Position numbers and translations under genes: made by a program. DNA of 46,103 nucleotides from a virus. Lineage: Duplodnaviria; Caudoviricetes. Under the pieces are notes generated by a model. That model was not told where the DNA came from, did not search any database, and saw only the letters and a list, made by a program, of their open reading frames with translations. The stretch is from the IMG/VR virus record IMGVR_UViG_3300044852_000034, positions 1-46,103 of that record; one strand, written 5' to 3'. Shown here piece by piece: positions 9,683-18,983 of the stretch; position 1 is the first letter of the stretch; every line of letters begins with the position of its first letter.

Positions 9683-10144
9683 ATGGCGGTCGTAACAGGG
9701 ACCATCTATGAAGTTGACGGCGGGCACTTGGCCGGGAAGAACCCGGAGCTTGTCTTCGCACTGAATGACACGTCCAGCACGCAAAACGGCGTCTACGTCA
9801 CGGAACCGAAAATCGTCACCCCGGGAGGGGATGGAACGTGGACAGCGGACCTAGCCACCACGGACCTCATGCGTGATGACGCCTACTACACGCTCAGTAT
9901 CCAGTGGCAGGGCGACGACGGGCGCCAGTCCCGCATCGACTACCCGGACTGGTGCATCCGGGTCCCCACGGGCGGCGGCTCCATTGGCGACCTCCGCGGC
10001 AGTGGATCGAACCTGTCAATGGTCTACGTCTCCCTGGACCCACCGAAAAATCCGCAGCCGTTCATGCTCTGGCTCGAGCAGGACCCGGACGACGCATCAA
10101 ACCCTCAGAACGCAGGCAATCTCTACCGTTGGGAGAACATCTAA
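9683..10144 (+). CDS. Minor tail protein
   Basis: AGGAGG RBS; beta-rich; precedes tail fibre gene. Confidence 0.65.
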   Translation: MAVVTGTIYEVDGGHLAGKNPELVFALNDTSSTQNGVYVTEPKIVTPGGDGTWTADLATTDLMRDDAYYTLSIQWQGDDGRQSRIDYPDWCIRVPTGGGSIGDLRGSGSNLSMVYVSLDPPKNPQPFMLWLEQDPDDASNPQNAGNLYRWENI

Positions 10145-13081
10145 ATGTCATGGCAGTGGAAATTCCTGGCAAACCTACAGGGCCCCCCTGGCGATGTGTC
10201 GCTGTACGGCCCGGGCTGGGCGCCGCAGCGTAACGTACCGGCAAACGCTGACCTGAACACGTTCCGCATCCCCGGCGTGCACCGGATCACCACCCCGGAC
10301 ACCGCAACGATCCTGAACCTTCCCCCCGGGATGAACCAGGCCGGCATCTTCGAGAACCTGCAGACGGGCACCGGCAGCACGGCATGGTGGGCGCAGCGGA
10401 TCAGTGAGCATGGCACGTCGCCGTGCATGTGGTGGCGCTCCACCCGCGACACATCCGGCACCTGGAATGACTGGGAAATCATTCAGACGGAGGGCGGCAA
10501 CGTCACCGAACTGCACGTTTTCCTGGCTGTCGGTCAGTCGAACATGTCCGGACGCGGCAAGCCGTCCGGCGGCTCCCGCGACCCCGACAATCCCCGGATC
10601 CTGCAGTACGGCGCCAAGGCTGTCCCGCGCGCACTGACCACGGCCACTGTGCCGCTGGACATGCACGACACCGCCACGGGGCTTTCCCCGGCGACGACCT
10701 TTGCCCGGGACTACTTGAAGACGCAGCCGGCGCACGTCGGCGTGCTCATCATCCCCGCCGCGCACGGTTCCACCGGCTTCACGACGTCCACTAGCACGCT
10801 CACCTGGACGCCGAACACCGCGACCGATCCGACGCTGGACCTGCCGGCCCTGGCGGTGCAGCAGACCCTCGACGGCATCGCCTCGGCCAAGACCGCCGGC
10901 TACACGGTCAGCCTCGAGGGCATCCTCTGGCATCAGGGCGAGAACAACACCGGCATGAGCCAGTCGTCCTACGCGACGAACTTGGACAACCTCATCAGCT
11001 ACCTCCGCACGGGGCTCGGCAATGCGAAGCTGCCGTTTGTTGTCGGCCAGATGTGCCCCGAGGGCATCGACGCGACCACCGGCCGCCCGGCGATTGACGC
11101 CGCACACAAGGACACGCCCAACCGTGTACCGTTCACCGGGTTCGCACCGGCCACACGCGGCGGGCATAACTCTGGGGACACGACGCACTTCTCCCGGATT
11201 GGTGTGGAGTTCCTTGGGCGGACCTACGTGGATGCGCTCAGGGATGCGCAGATCACTGAGGACATCAAGCCCCGGCTGAAAGCTGCCGAGGCGGATCTTG
11301 CCACGGTCCCGGCGCAGGTGGAGGCCGCAACGCCGGCGGCGGTGGCGGACTATATTGCCAGCGATCCGAGTGTTGTCCAGGCCGCGGCGGACATGGCGGC
11401 GAACAATGCCGGCTTGCTGCCGAAGTGGAAGCCGTCAACGGCCTACACGGCGGGCCAGCAGGTTGTCACCCCGGATGGCGACATTGTTACCCGTGCGACG
11501 TCGGGAACGTCCGGCGCCACGTACACCGGAACGAACTGGACACCATCCGCCACGGCTACCGGCCTCACCACGAAGCTGGACGCCTCGCAGAAGGGCGCAG
11601 CGTCCGGTGTGGCCTCGCTGGACGCCCAGGGCAAGGTCCCGGCCTCCCAGGGCTCCGTGGGGCTGCCCGCGGACCAGCTCGACTACGTGGCGGCCCTCGC
11701 GCACCGTTCCAAGACGACCAAGATGCAGCTGAAGAAGGCCGACTCGACCGGCGGCGTGGAGGTTTCCTGCATCAGCGCGAGCGGGAACCACATCACCTAC
11801 CAGTTCTACGGGAACGCGGCAGGCGACGACTACCGCGTCCTCGCCAACATCTGGGCCGGCACGTCGACCGCGACGACCGCCCAGGTCGCCAAGAAGCTCA
11901 CAGCGGACCTCGCCACGACGGGCACCTACGCCACGGTCGGCGCCGGCGTGATGAACTACACCACCGACAAGGTGACCCCGGCGACCTTCACGGTCCCGGT
12001 CGTCGTGGACGTTGCAGGGTCCAGCCTGAAATTCCACACCTACCGGGACAACAATGGCGGCCTGTGGCAGTTGACGATCAGCGGCGCCCAGATGGACATG
12101 ATGCAGACCATCAGCACATGGGCCTCCTCCGCAGGGTATGACTACGCGGGCGTGACGATCTTCAACAACCTGAACCCGGGCACGTACACGATCACCGGCC
12201 GGTTCCTGGGCAACGACCCTGCCAACGCACCGAGCAGCGGCACGTCCCGAGGCTGGCTGGCGAACAACGCAGACGCGACCTCCTCGTCCGCGACCTTGTT
12301 CGCCGTGTGGGCGCCGTTCCGCGCCATCAACAAGGACATACTGCTCAAGCCCGCATCGAACATGGACTTCGCTATCCAGGTGCAGCCGGCAGGCGGCTCC
12401 AACCTTGAATGGGTGCCTTACCACGGTGTTGCAACGGCGATCCAGGCCGATGCTCCCGTGTACCTTGACGGCGACGTTGTGGTGAACGTCGATGCGATGG
12501 CAACCGGAGACTACCGGGCGCTGACGAGTTTCGAGCTCGTTCAGCGCGTCTACGGGCGCAATAGTGCCAGTGGTTCCACGAACCTGATGGAAGTGGCGAC
12601 GAGCCACCTGATCCGGCCCAACAGCCAGGTCACGGTGCAGGGACGATGGAAGGCCCTGGCGAACATCGAACTTGGGGACAACTACCACATGATGCTCCCG
12701 GCGAGCATGGCACTGTTCGACAAGCTGGTGACGTCGATCGGCAACGGCTACGTCACGGGCCCGGACCTGATCGGCACCGTCACTAACCTTGTGCCGGAGA
12801 ACGACCTGGCGACGTCCCACCTTTACCTTGCCTCCACGAATAAGAACGTGGCCGGCGCGGTCAGGTACAACAACCCGCAGGAAACCATCCGGCGCGGCAA
12901 GGGCAGCAAGAACACCGACGATACGAAGGCGTTCCTGCAGCACCGGGACTCGACCATCACGAAGGTCTACAACCGGCCTTACGCACCCGGGACGGCGATC
13001 CCGTCCGGGACCGTGACCCGTTTCAGCGGCGACTACATCTACACGCAAGGGCTGGGCATTTATGACCAGTTCGCGCTCTAA
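10145..13081 (+). CDS. Tail fibre/spike with SGNH-type (SASA/CE6) acetylesterase domain
   Basis: GQSNMSG, WHQGENN and DTTH motifs; long beta-rich C-terminus. Confidence 0.8.
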   Translation: MSWQWKFLANLQGPPGDVSLYGPGWAPQRNVPANADLNTFRIPGVHRITTPDTATILNLPPGMNQAGIFENLQTGTGSTAWWAQRISEHGTSPCMWWRSTRDTSGTWNDWEIIQTEGGNVTELHVFLAVGQSNMSGRGKPSGGSRDPDNPRILQYGAKAVPRALTTATVPLDMHDTATGLSPATTFARDYLKTQPAHVGVLIIPAAHGSTGFTTSTSTLTWTPNTATDPTLDLPALAVQQTLDGIASAKTAGYTVSLEGILWHQGENNTGMSQSSYATNLDNLISYLRTGLGNAKLPFVVGQMCPEGIDATTGRPAIDAAHKDTPNRVPFTGFAPATRGGHNSGDTTHFSRIGVEFLGRTYVDALRDAQITEDIKPRLKAAEADLATVPAQVEAATPAAVADYIASDPSVVQAAADMAANNAGLLPKWKPSTAYTAGQQVVTPDGDIVTRATSGTSGATYTGTNWTPSATATGLTTKLDASQKGAASGVASLDAQGKVPASQGSVGLPADQLDYVAALAHRSKTTKMQLKKADSTGGVEVSCISASGNHITYQFYGNAAGDDYRVLANIWAGTSTATTAQVAKKLTADLATTGTYATVGAGVMNYTTDKVTPATFTVPVVVDVAGSSLKFHTYRDNNGGLWQLTISGAQMDMMQTISTWASSAGYDYAGVTIFNNLNPGTYTITGRFLGNDPANAPSSGTSRGWLANNADATSSSATLFAVWAPFRAINKDILLKPASNMDFAIQVQPAGGSNLEWVPYHGVATAIQADAPVYLDGDVVVNVDAMATGDYRALTSFELVQRVYGRNSASGSTNLMEVATSHLIRPNSQVTVQGRWKALANIELGDNYHMMLPASMALFDKLVTSIGNGYVTGPDLIGTVTNLVPENDLATSHLYLASTNKNVAGAVRYNNPQETIRRGKGSKNTDDTKAFLQHRDSTITKVYNRPYAPGTAIPSGTVTRFSGDYIYTQGLGIYDQFAL

Positions 13082-13093
13082 CAAGATCGGAGC

Positions 13094-13939
13094 ATGATGG
13101 GAAACCGAACGCTCTCTGTCGGGGACGACATGACTCTCCCGCCGAACGTCAAGGTAGCGGACGCCAACCTCCCCGCGAGGTTGGCGCCCGCCGTCGTGGC
13201 GGTCAACTGGACCCCGAACACCGCCTATACGACGGGCCAGCCGGTCATTAGCCCAACGGGCGATGTGGTCACGGCCAAGGTGGGCTTCACGTCCGCGGCC
13301 AGCTATTCAGCCGCCAACTGGAACCTGTCAACCTCCTACGTCCTGCTGAGCGCCACTGGCAAGGCAGTCGTCGCATCCGGTGTCGATTCCGGCGACGGGG
13401 TGAACAAGGGCCAGCTTGACAGTTCAGTGCTGCGCCACGCGCCCACGGGCGCCCTGGCTGTGACTCTGGACCGGCGCCTCATCACGGGCACAGTCGTCCC
13501 GGCACTAACCTCGGGAACGCTCCGGCTGACCGCAGTGTGGCTACCCAAGGGCACCGTCGTCACCAACCTGACATATCTGTGCGGCACGGCGGCAACGTCC
13601 CTGACAAACCGCTGGTTCAGCCTATTCGACGCCTCCCGCGTCCTGCTCCGAACCACGGCCGACAACACTGCCACATGGAACGCCGGATCCGCGCTGACGA
13701 TCCCGCTGGCAAGCACCTACACCGTGCCGGTTGACGGGCTGTTCTATGTTGGCATCTGCGAGGTTGCGACCACGCCGACCGCACTCCGGGGCATTGCATC
13801 GAGCACGGGCGCCGGCGTCGCGCTCGCGCCGATCCTCAACGGAGACAGCACCGCGGCACTGACGAACGCGGCATCAACACCAAGCACCGCAGCGGCGATA
13901 ACAGCGAATGGCAATATCCCATTCGCCTACGTGTCCTAG
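13094..13939 (+). CDS. Minor tail/fibre-associated protein
   Basis: Ala/Thr-rich; shares WxPxTAYTxGQxV module with the preceding gene. Confidence 0.65.
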   Translation: MMGNRTLSVGDDMTLPPNVKVADANLPARLAPAVVAVNWTPNTAYTTGQPVISPTGDVVTAKVGFTSAASYSAANWNLSTSYVLLSATGKAVVASGVDSGDGVNKGQLDSSVLRHAPTGALAVTLDRRLITGTVVPALTSGTLRLTAVWLPKGTVVTNLTYLCGTAATSLTNRWFSLFDASRVLLRTTADNTATWNAGSALTIPLASTYTVPVDGLFYVGICEVATTPTALRGIASSTGAGVALAPILNGDSTAALTNAASTPSTAAAITANGNIPFAYVS

Positions 13940-14118
13940 CCCTGCGAACCCCTGCTGCCATCGTTGCGGGCTGCTGTGAGAGCTTCACGGTAGTCCGCAA
14001 CGGTCAGCACACCGTTCACGTCAAGCATTTCCTGGATCCGCGCCACGAGGGGCTCCATCTCGTAGTGCTCAACGAGTCGATCGAACGGCTCGGTCAGGTG
14101 CGCGGCAACTTCCGCCAT
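13936..14118 (-). CDS. Small hypothetical protein (moron-like)
   Basis: AGGGGA RBS; upstream TAGAAT -10 on the minus strand near 14165-14170. Confidence 0.55.
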   Translation of the reverse strand: MAEVAAHLTEPFDRLVEHYEMEPLVARIQEMLDVNGVLTVADYREALTAARNDGSRGSQG

Positions 14119-14195
14119 TTGGTTCCCCTAAGTTTGTGGACCGCGCCTCATGCGCGGTCCCGTGATTCTATACCAAACGGCCAGGAGGGCCGCAC

Positions 14196-14426
14196 ATGAT
14201 CGACAATCAGACTCCGCAACTGTCCGACCGTGAATTGCTGATCCGCATTGACACCAAGCTCGACGGGGTTATTGAGGACAAGAAGGACCATGAGGCCAGG
14301 CTGCGGCACATCGAGGAACAGTCGCAGCGGTATGTGACGACGAAGCAACTCTGGGCCGGCCTCACCGCAGTGTTCGCCGCGGCCGGATCCGCCTTCCCAA
14401 TCATTCAATGGATGTTCAACAGGTAG
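14196..14426 (+). CDS. Lysis-associated membrane protein
   Basis: Coiled coil plus one C-terminal TM segment, just upstream of endolysin. Confidence 0.7.
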   Translation: MIDNQTPQLSDRELLIRIDTKLDGVIEDKKDHEARLRHIEEQSQRYVTTKQLWAGLTAVFAAAGSAFPIIQWMFNR

Positions 14427-14435
14427 GAGTGCCAG

Positions 14436-15218
14436 ATGCTCGACATCACGACTTCTCTGGGCGTTTGGATTCCGCAGGTTCAGGGCCAGTACATCGACAT
14501 GGACGGCGCGGCCGGCGCTCAGTGCTGGGACCTGGCCGCGCACTGGTCCGCGTTCCTTGGCCTGCCACGCATTAGCACTTTGGGCAAAGGCCGCTGGCCG
14601 GGCTGGGCCGGGAACATGGTTGACGCTTTCCCCCAGTCGCCAGAGATTGCCGCCGCTTACGAACTCATCGACCCGAACGCGCCCATGCTGCCCGGCGACA
14701 TTGTGGTGTGGGGAGACTCCTACCCGGTCTGGTATCCGAAGACGCATGTCGCAGTCGGCGTGCTCGACCAGGGCGCCAACCTTGTCTGCATGTCGCAGAA
14801 CAGCACACCGTCACAGGCCGGCAACCCGTATCCCATGTGGACGACGGGCCCGACTGTGAAGCAGCAACTTCCACGTCGCGGGTGCATCGGATTCATCCGG
14901 CCACGCGCCGGCGGCACCATCAGCTTGCAAGGCACCATCACACCCCAGGAGGACGAATTGTCACAAGCAGATGTTGAACGCATCATCAACGAAATCACCG
15001 CGAACGTCGAAGCGAAACACGTTGTCACCCGCTCAGCTATCAATGACGCCCGCGACTCCATCAACTTCAGCACACAGCAGCAAGTCGAAGCCGTGGGCCG
15101 CGTCACCCAGCAACTCATCATCGACAAAGCCCAGCCCGCCGTCATTGCCGAACAGATCGACAAGGCCGGCCTCGCGCAGGCTGTCGCTAATGAGCTCGCG
15201 AAGCGGCTGGTGAAGTGA
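14436..15218 (+). CDS. Endolysin, CHAP-type amidase/peptidase
   Basis: DMDG..GAQCWDL catalytic Cys, THVAV His, SQN motif. Confidence 0.85.
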   Translation: MLDITTSLGVWIPQVQGQYIDMDGAAGAQCWDLAAHWSAFLGLPRISTLGKGRWPGWAGNMVDAFPQSPEIAAAYELIDPNAPMLPGDIVVWGDSYPVWYPKTHVAVGVLDQGANLVCMSQNSTPSQAGNPYPMWTTGPTVKQQLPRRGCIGFIRPRAGGTISLQGTITPQEDELSQADVERIINEITANVEAKHVVTRSAINDARDSINFSTQQQVEAVGRVTQQLIIDKAQPAVIAEQIDKAGLAQAVANELAKRLVK

Positions 15219-15481
15219 TGGGCGATCACGTGGAACTTCCCGCAAGCACTCAGACCGCCTACCCGTGGCGGGCCACCGTCCGCACGGCGTTCGCATTCCT
15301 TGTCGGCCTCGCAGCGGCATGGGCGCTCGTCATCCAGGCTGCAGGGCTGGACGCTGGCATCCCGTGGGTGGCGACGTCGCTGACGATCGCGGCCGGCGTC
15401 ACGCGCATCATGGCACTGCCGGCGGTGGATGACCTGATCCGCAGGTTCGTCCCGTGGCTGGCACCCTCGAAGGGGCCATAA
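15218..15481 (+). CDS. Holin
   Basis: Two TM segments; PWRATVRT and VTRIMALPAV motifs typical of actinophage holins. Confidence 0.8.
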   Translation: MGDHVELPASTQTAYPWRATVRTAFAFLVGLAAAWALVIQAAGLDAGIPWVATSLTIAAGVTRIMALPAVDDLIRRFVPWLAPSKGP

Positions 15482-15524
15482 AAGGGCCGGAAATTCAACG
15501 AAGCCCGACGTAGCTGAGCGTATC

Positions 15525-15538
15525 GTGCCGTATGGCAC
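15525..15538. promoter_or_regulatory. 14-bp palindromic operator-like site GTGCCGTATGGCAC
   Basis: One mismatch to GTGCCATATGGCAC. Confidence 0.7.
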
Positions 15539-15667
15539 GGGCACTCGGCACTCGCATCCCGCGCCACGCAAGGGAAGCAGAGGGTACTAGAGCGTACCCT
15601 GCGGTATTGTCAAGACATGCTGAATGTAGAAAGCCTCGTTCTACAATCCCGCCCGGCCCGGGCAACG

Positions 15668-15717
15668 AAAAAGCGGCACCTGACCAGCGAAAACGCTGAT
15701 TGGGTGCCGCTTTTTTT
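15668..15717. terminator. Bidirectional intrinsic terminator
   Basis: AAAAAGCGGCACC...GGTGCCGCTTTTTTT between convergent genes. Confidence 0.8.
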
Positions 15718-15754
15718 GTGCCCAAAAACAGGGCAGGGGCCACAAAAGGGCCAC

Positions 15755-15919
15755 TTATTCCGGTACCCATTTGGGCCCGCTGTAGCTGGGCGGCACTGGG
15801 ATGAGCTTGCAGCAGGACCATTCCGGGACGATAGTTTGTTCCGCCTCGAACAAACTGCTGAACCAAATCTGCTCGCCAGGCCCGAGGTCATCGCACTCTA
15901 TGATGTACGCCTGGCTCAC
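15755..15919 (-). CDS. Small hypothetical protein, 54 aa (MSQAYIIECDDLGPGEQIWF...), absent from the ORF track
   Basis: GTGA overlap with the methyltransferase stop; open to TAA at 15755. Confidence 0.5.
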   Translation of the reverse strand: MSQAYIIECDDLGPGEQIWFSSLFEAEQTIVPEWSCCKLIPVPPSYSGPKWVPE

Positions 15920-16503
15920 TGGATTGCCCCTGCATTGACGATGCCGGAGCAGTCCGGGCAGTGCGCCTTACCGTCAACGCGCGGCGGGCAGGGGATGACT
16001 TCGAGTCGTCGCCAGATGAGCAGCGCGCACCCGAACGGCGGTCGGTCACCCTTCGGCCCGATGATTGCCTCCGGGCGGTCGAACCGCATCCGCCCGGGCA
16101 GGAACTCCACACGGAACATGCTCCCGGCATCGCGCAGCGGCTCGACGTGGGTCTGCCACCATTTCTGCTCTGTGCGGTTGGCGGGGACGAGCATGACGAT
16201 TGTCTCGCAGTGGGGGAGCTCGGCCCACGCTTTGGATACCCAGGCATTGAGATCACTGTAGGGAGGATTGCACCACACGCGGCCATGCCACGGCTTGGCA
16301 AGCCCGTCGTCCTCGATCGTATAAAACTCGTCGCACTTCGCATTGTGCGGCGCTGCAGCGACGTCGAGCGTGAACCCGCCGAATCTCTGGCTGATGGGGT
16401 TGAACTCATCCCAGCGAGTTCCCCTATCATCCACGTCGTCCCGGGCGCCGCGCACGCCCGTCTGCTGCGGGTGGTTTGTGCTCTTGAATCCAACGAGACT
16501 CAT
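15916..16503 (-). CDS. Phage Dam-family N6-adenine DNA methyltransferase
   Basis: FTLDVAA, DDGLAKPW, VWCNPPYS, LVPANRTEQKWW, PPFGC motifs; GGAGG RBS before ATG 16503. Confidence 0.88.
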   Translation of the reverse strand: MSLVGFKSTNHPQQTGVRGARDDVDDRGTRWDEFNPISQRFGGFTLDVAAAPHNAKCDEFYTIEDDGLAKPWHGRVWCNPPYSDLNAWVSKAWAELPHCETIVMLVPANRTEQKWWQTHVEPLRDAGSMFRVEFLPGRMRFDRPEAIIGPKGDRPPFGCALLIWRRLEVIPCPPRVDGKAHCPDCSGIVNAGAIQ

Positions 16504-16522
16504 GATTCCTCCATGTCGTTCC

Positions 16523-16536
16523 GTGCCATATGGCAC
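16523..16536. promoter_or_regulatory. Perfect palindrome GTGCCATATGGCAC upstream of the Dam-like gene
   Basis: Exact palindrome 20 nt upstream of the start codon. Confidence 0.8.
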
Positions 16537-16582
16537 ACTGTCGGTTACAAAAAACGCGCCCGTCTGCTAGAGCGCGTCTCAG

Positions 16583-16981
16583 TTAGTTCGTGGCCCAGGA
16601 CTCGTCGTAGTCCGGGTGGTCCTTGTATACGGACGCGAGGATGGAAAGCGTGGGACAGGGGAATGCCCTCTCACAGGTGATGCAGACAGGGCCTGCTTCC
16701 TCGTGCTGGTCAAGCAGCGCGCGTTTCGCGGCGCACTCAGATAGGACGCGGGACGGCTGGAAGTCCGCGATCATCCCAAGGACACCGCCAAGCCATTCGG
16801 CCGACGTATTCTGCTGGTTGAGCTCTGAGACGTAGTGGAAGATCGGACCATCGCAGACGACGTGTGCATGCCACCCGCGGTCCTCCACATCCCAACTGCC
16901 GGGGAACACAGCAGCGCAACGGTGCGCTGCCGCCTCATCCTCAGCGATCCGGGCCAATAGGAACTCGGTGATTGTCGCCAT
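16583..16981 (-). CDS. DUF6221-like hypothetical protein
   Basis: FLLARIAEDE...RVLSECAAKR...CPTL..LA..Y.DHPDY pattern. Confidence 0.75.
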   Translation of the reverse strand: MATITEFLLARIAEDEAAAHRCAAVFPGSWDVEDRGWHAHVVCDGPIFHYVSELNQQNTSAEWLGGVLGMIADFQPSRVLSECAAKRALLDQHEEAGPVCITCERAFPCPTLSILASVYKDHPDYDESWATN

Positions 16982-16983
16982 GG

Positions 16984-18099
16984 CTATCCTTCTTTCGTTT
17001 TTCTGTCGAGTACTGCCGTGTTGTCTTGCGTCTTGCGTTCACGCTCGATGTAGTGCTTCCGGGTCACTGCGTCGGATGAGTGCCCAAGCTGCCCGGCCGC
17101 GGCCTCCGCGCCGGACTCCCTGGCGATCAACGTCGCCACGGCGGTACGGAAGTCGCGTTGCTTCACACCAGCCCATTCGGCGCCGCACGCCTGCCGCCAC
17201 AACTGGGTCACGTTCGACGGCTCCAACCATGCGCCGAAACGGTTCGGGAACACCATCTCCGCTTTCGCCGCGAGCTTCCGCCTGGCGAGCATAGGCCACA
17301 CAAAGTCCGGGACCGTGATAGTTCGTTCGCCGGCCTCCGACTTCGGATGATCCTGCCGATGCAAACCGTTCACACTGTCCCGCTTCAACGTCCCCGACAC
17401 TGTGAGTGTCCGGGCCTTGAAGTCGAGGTCCGACCACAGCAGCCCCAGCATCTCGCCCGGCCGGAGCCCGGTGGCGACGAATAGGTCTGTCATGTCAGCG
17501 AAGTAAGCCCTCGCCGGGGATGACTTCGACCACTCTGCTATGTGGGCCCGCAACTTCTCAGCCTCATCCACGGTCAACGCTTTCACGACACGTTTCGGCG
17601 CCGCTACCTTCGTCTCCCGGACAGGGTTCACCTGAACCGCATCGTGCCGTACCGCCATAGCGAACATGAGGGAGAGCACCACCCGCGACTTCACAGCCAC
17701 AGATGGGGAGTCCTGCTTCCCCTGCAGGAACGCATCGACCCTGCCCGTACCGACCTCCCGAAGCTTCAAAGCACCCATGCCCGGGATGATGTGCGAACGG
17801 AGGATCTGCGCGTAGGAGTCCTTGGTCTTCTGACTCGTCTCGAGCGTTGCTTGCCATGCCTGTGCAAGTTCCGCCACTGTCGTGTCTGCCGTGACCCCTC
17901 CGGCCCTTCCGAGAGTCCTGCCGTCCAGGCGTGCTTCGAGCGCGTCCCGGGCCCGCTGCGCCGACGTCGAGGACGCCTTCACGCGCCGCGTCACCCCGTC
18001 AACGTCCCGGTAGTAGCAGTACGCCGTGTGGGTCTTCCCGTCCCGCCGGGTCCACACCTGGCCTTTGGAGCCGATCGGGAGGCTAGGCCGGCCGCGCAC
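16984..18099 (-). CDS. int: Tyrosine integrase (start uncertain, ORF extends to 18186)
   Basis: TGLRPGEMLGL, HPKS, RDFR, LGHS and TRKHY catalytic motifs; RPSLPIG N-terminus. Confidence 0.92.
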   Translation of the reverse strand: MRGRPSLPIGSKGQVWTRRDGKTHTAYCYYRDVDGVTRRVKASSTSAQRARDALEARLDGRTLGRAGGVTADTTVAELAQAWQATLETSQKTKDSYAQILRSHIIPGMGALKLREVGTGRVDAFLQGKQDSPSVAVKSRVVLSLMFAMAVRHDAVQVNPVRETKVAAPKRVVKALTVDEAEKLRAHIAEWSKSSPARAYFADMTDLFVATGLRPGEMLGLLWSDLDFKARTLTVSGTLKRDSVNGLHRQDHPKSEAGERTITVPDFVWPMLARRKLAAKAEMVFPNRFGAWLEPSNVTQLWRQACGAEWAGVKQRDFRTAVATLIARESGAEAAAGQLGHSSDAVTRKHYIERERKTQDNTAVLDRKTKEG

Positions 18100-18182
18100 G
18101 GCCCGCCCCGTTGAACGATATGTGCACGACATGCAACTTTTGTGCTGCATGGCACGCTTCGCCCCACAAAACAAGGGCCCTG

Positions 18183-18404
18183 TCAAACATTGCGGGAACC
18201 CTGCGCGAACTCTGCGCGGATCCTGTCCACCGCAGCCGGCGCGAAGTCGTGCGCCTCATCCCTGGACACGATGGACTTGAGCAGCATTTCGTACATCGCG
18301 GCGTTTTCCGTGAAGTTCTCCCGGACGCCACGCCGGTACTCGGACGCGTTCCGGTGAGGCTGGCCTTCGTAGGTTAGGATATTTTTCTCCAGTTGGCTAA
18401 GCAT
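18183..18404 (-). CDS. DUF3263-like protein
   Basis: LSQLEKNILTYE...RENF...YEMLL...P..VDRIR resembles the DUF3263 pattern. Confidence 0.6.
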   Translation of the reverse strand: MLSQLEKNILTYEGQPHRNASEYRRGVRENFTENAAMYEMLLKSIVSRDEAHDFAPAAVDRIRAEFAQGSRNV

Positions 18405-18579
18405 GCTTACCTTTCCCGGCTTCTTCACAAGCCGTGTGTATAGTTGCTTCCTCTTGCGGCGTGAGGGCCCTGAGCCGGGCCCTCACGTCGTCTACTGTCA
18501 CGCCTAAGTGATTCGCCAGACCGGTAGGAGTCATGGCTGATGTGAACCCAGTGATGAGTTGGGCGAGTGTGATGTGCAT
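18397..18579 (-). CDS. Small HTH-like protein resembling an ImmA/IrrE C-terminus
   Basis: LANHLGVTVDDVRARLRAL motif; no HEXXH; directly downstream of the repressor. Confidence 0.55.
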   Translation of the reverse strand: MHITLAQLITGFTSAMTPTGLANHLGVTVDDVRARLRALTPQEEATIHTACEEAGKGKHA

Positions 18580-18686
18580 GTGCGACGGGTCCCCAGCGTT
18601 ATTCGTATTTGATAAGTCTGATTTGGAATCAGTACCCGTATCCTATTCCAGCACCACGACATTCAAAGAACCCGCAGGTCAGGGGC

Positions 18687-18953
18687 CTAAAAGGGGTCCT
18701 TGCCGGCCATGATTTCGTCGGCACTCGCCATGAGCTGTGCCATCGGAGTTTTGATTGCGATGGAGATGAGCCGGACCTGGTTGAGGTCCGGCTGGCGCTT
18801 GCTGTTGATAATCCTGGACAGGGTGGATCTTGGTATGTCCGTGAGGCGTGAAATGTCAGCGATGTTTAGCTGCATCATCCCCATTTTGGCGCGTACGACC
18901 GTCATGAGAGCGTCCGTGAAGGCGTCCGGTTGGTCTTTTGATCCTGTAGGCAT
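18687..18953 (-). CDS. Immunity repressor (XRE-family HTH)
   Basis: IADISRLTDIPRSTLSRIINSKRQPDL helix-turn-helix; divergent from cro-like gene. Confidence 0.88.
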   Translation of the reverse strand: MPTGSKDQPDAFTDALMTVVRAKMGMMQLNIADISRLTDIPRSTLSRIINSKRQPDLNQVRLISIAIKTPMAQLMASADEIMAGKDPF

Positions 18954-18983
18954 GGTGACAGTTTTGCATATCCCGCACGTTAC

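Larger units (their letters stand above)
15471..15752. other. Candidate attP
   Basis: Direct repeats AGGGGCCAYAAAAGGGCC at 15471-15488 and 15735-15752 flank TGTAGAA-N7-TTCTACA at 15625-15645; lies where two transcription arms converge. Confidence 0.55.

Noticed and set aside
15503-15600. tRNA at the candidate attP (GCCCGACGTAGCTGAG start)
   Set aside because: No T-loop or matching acceptor 3' strand could be found.
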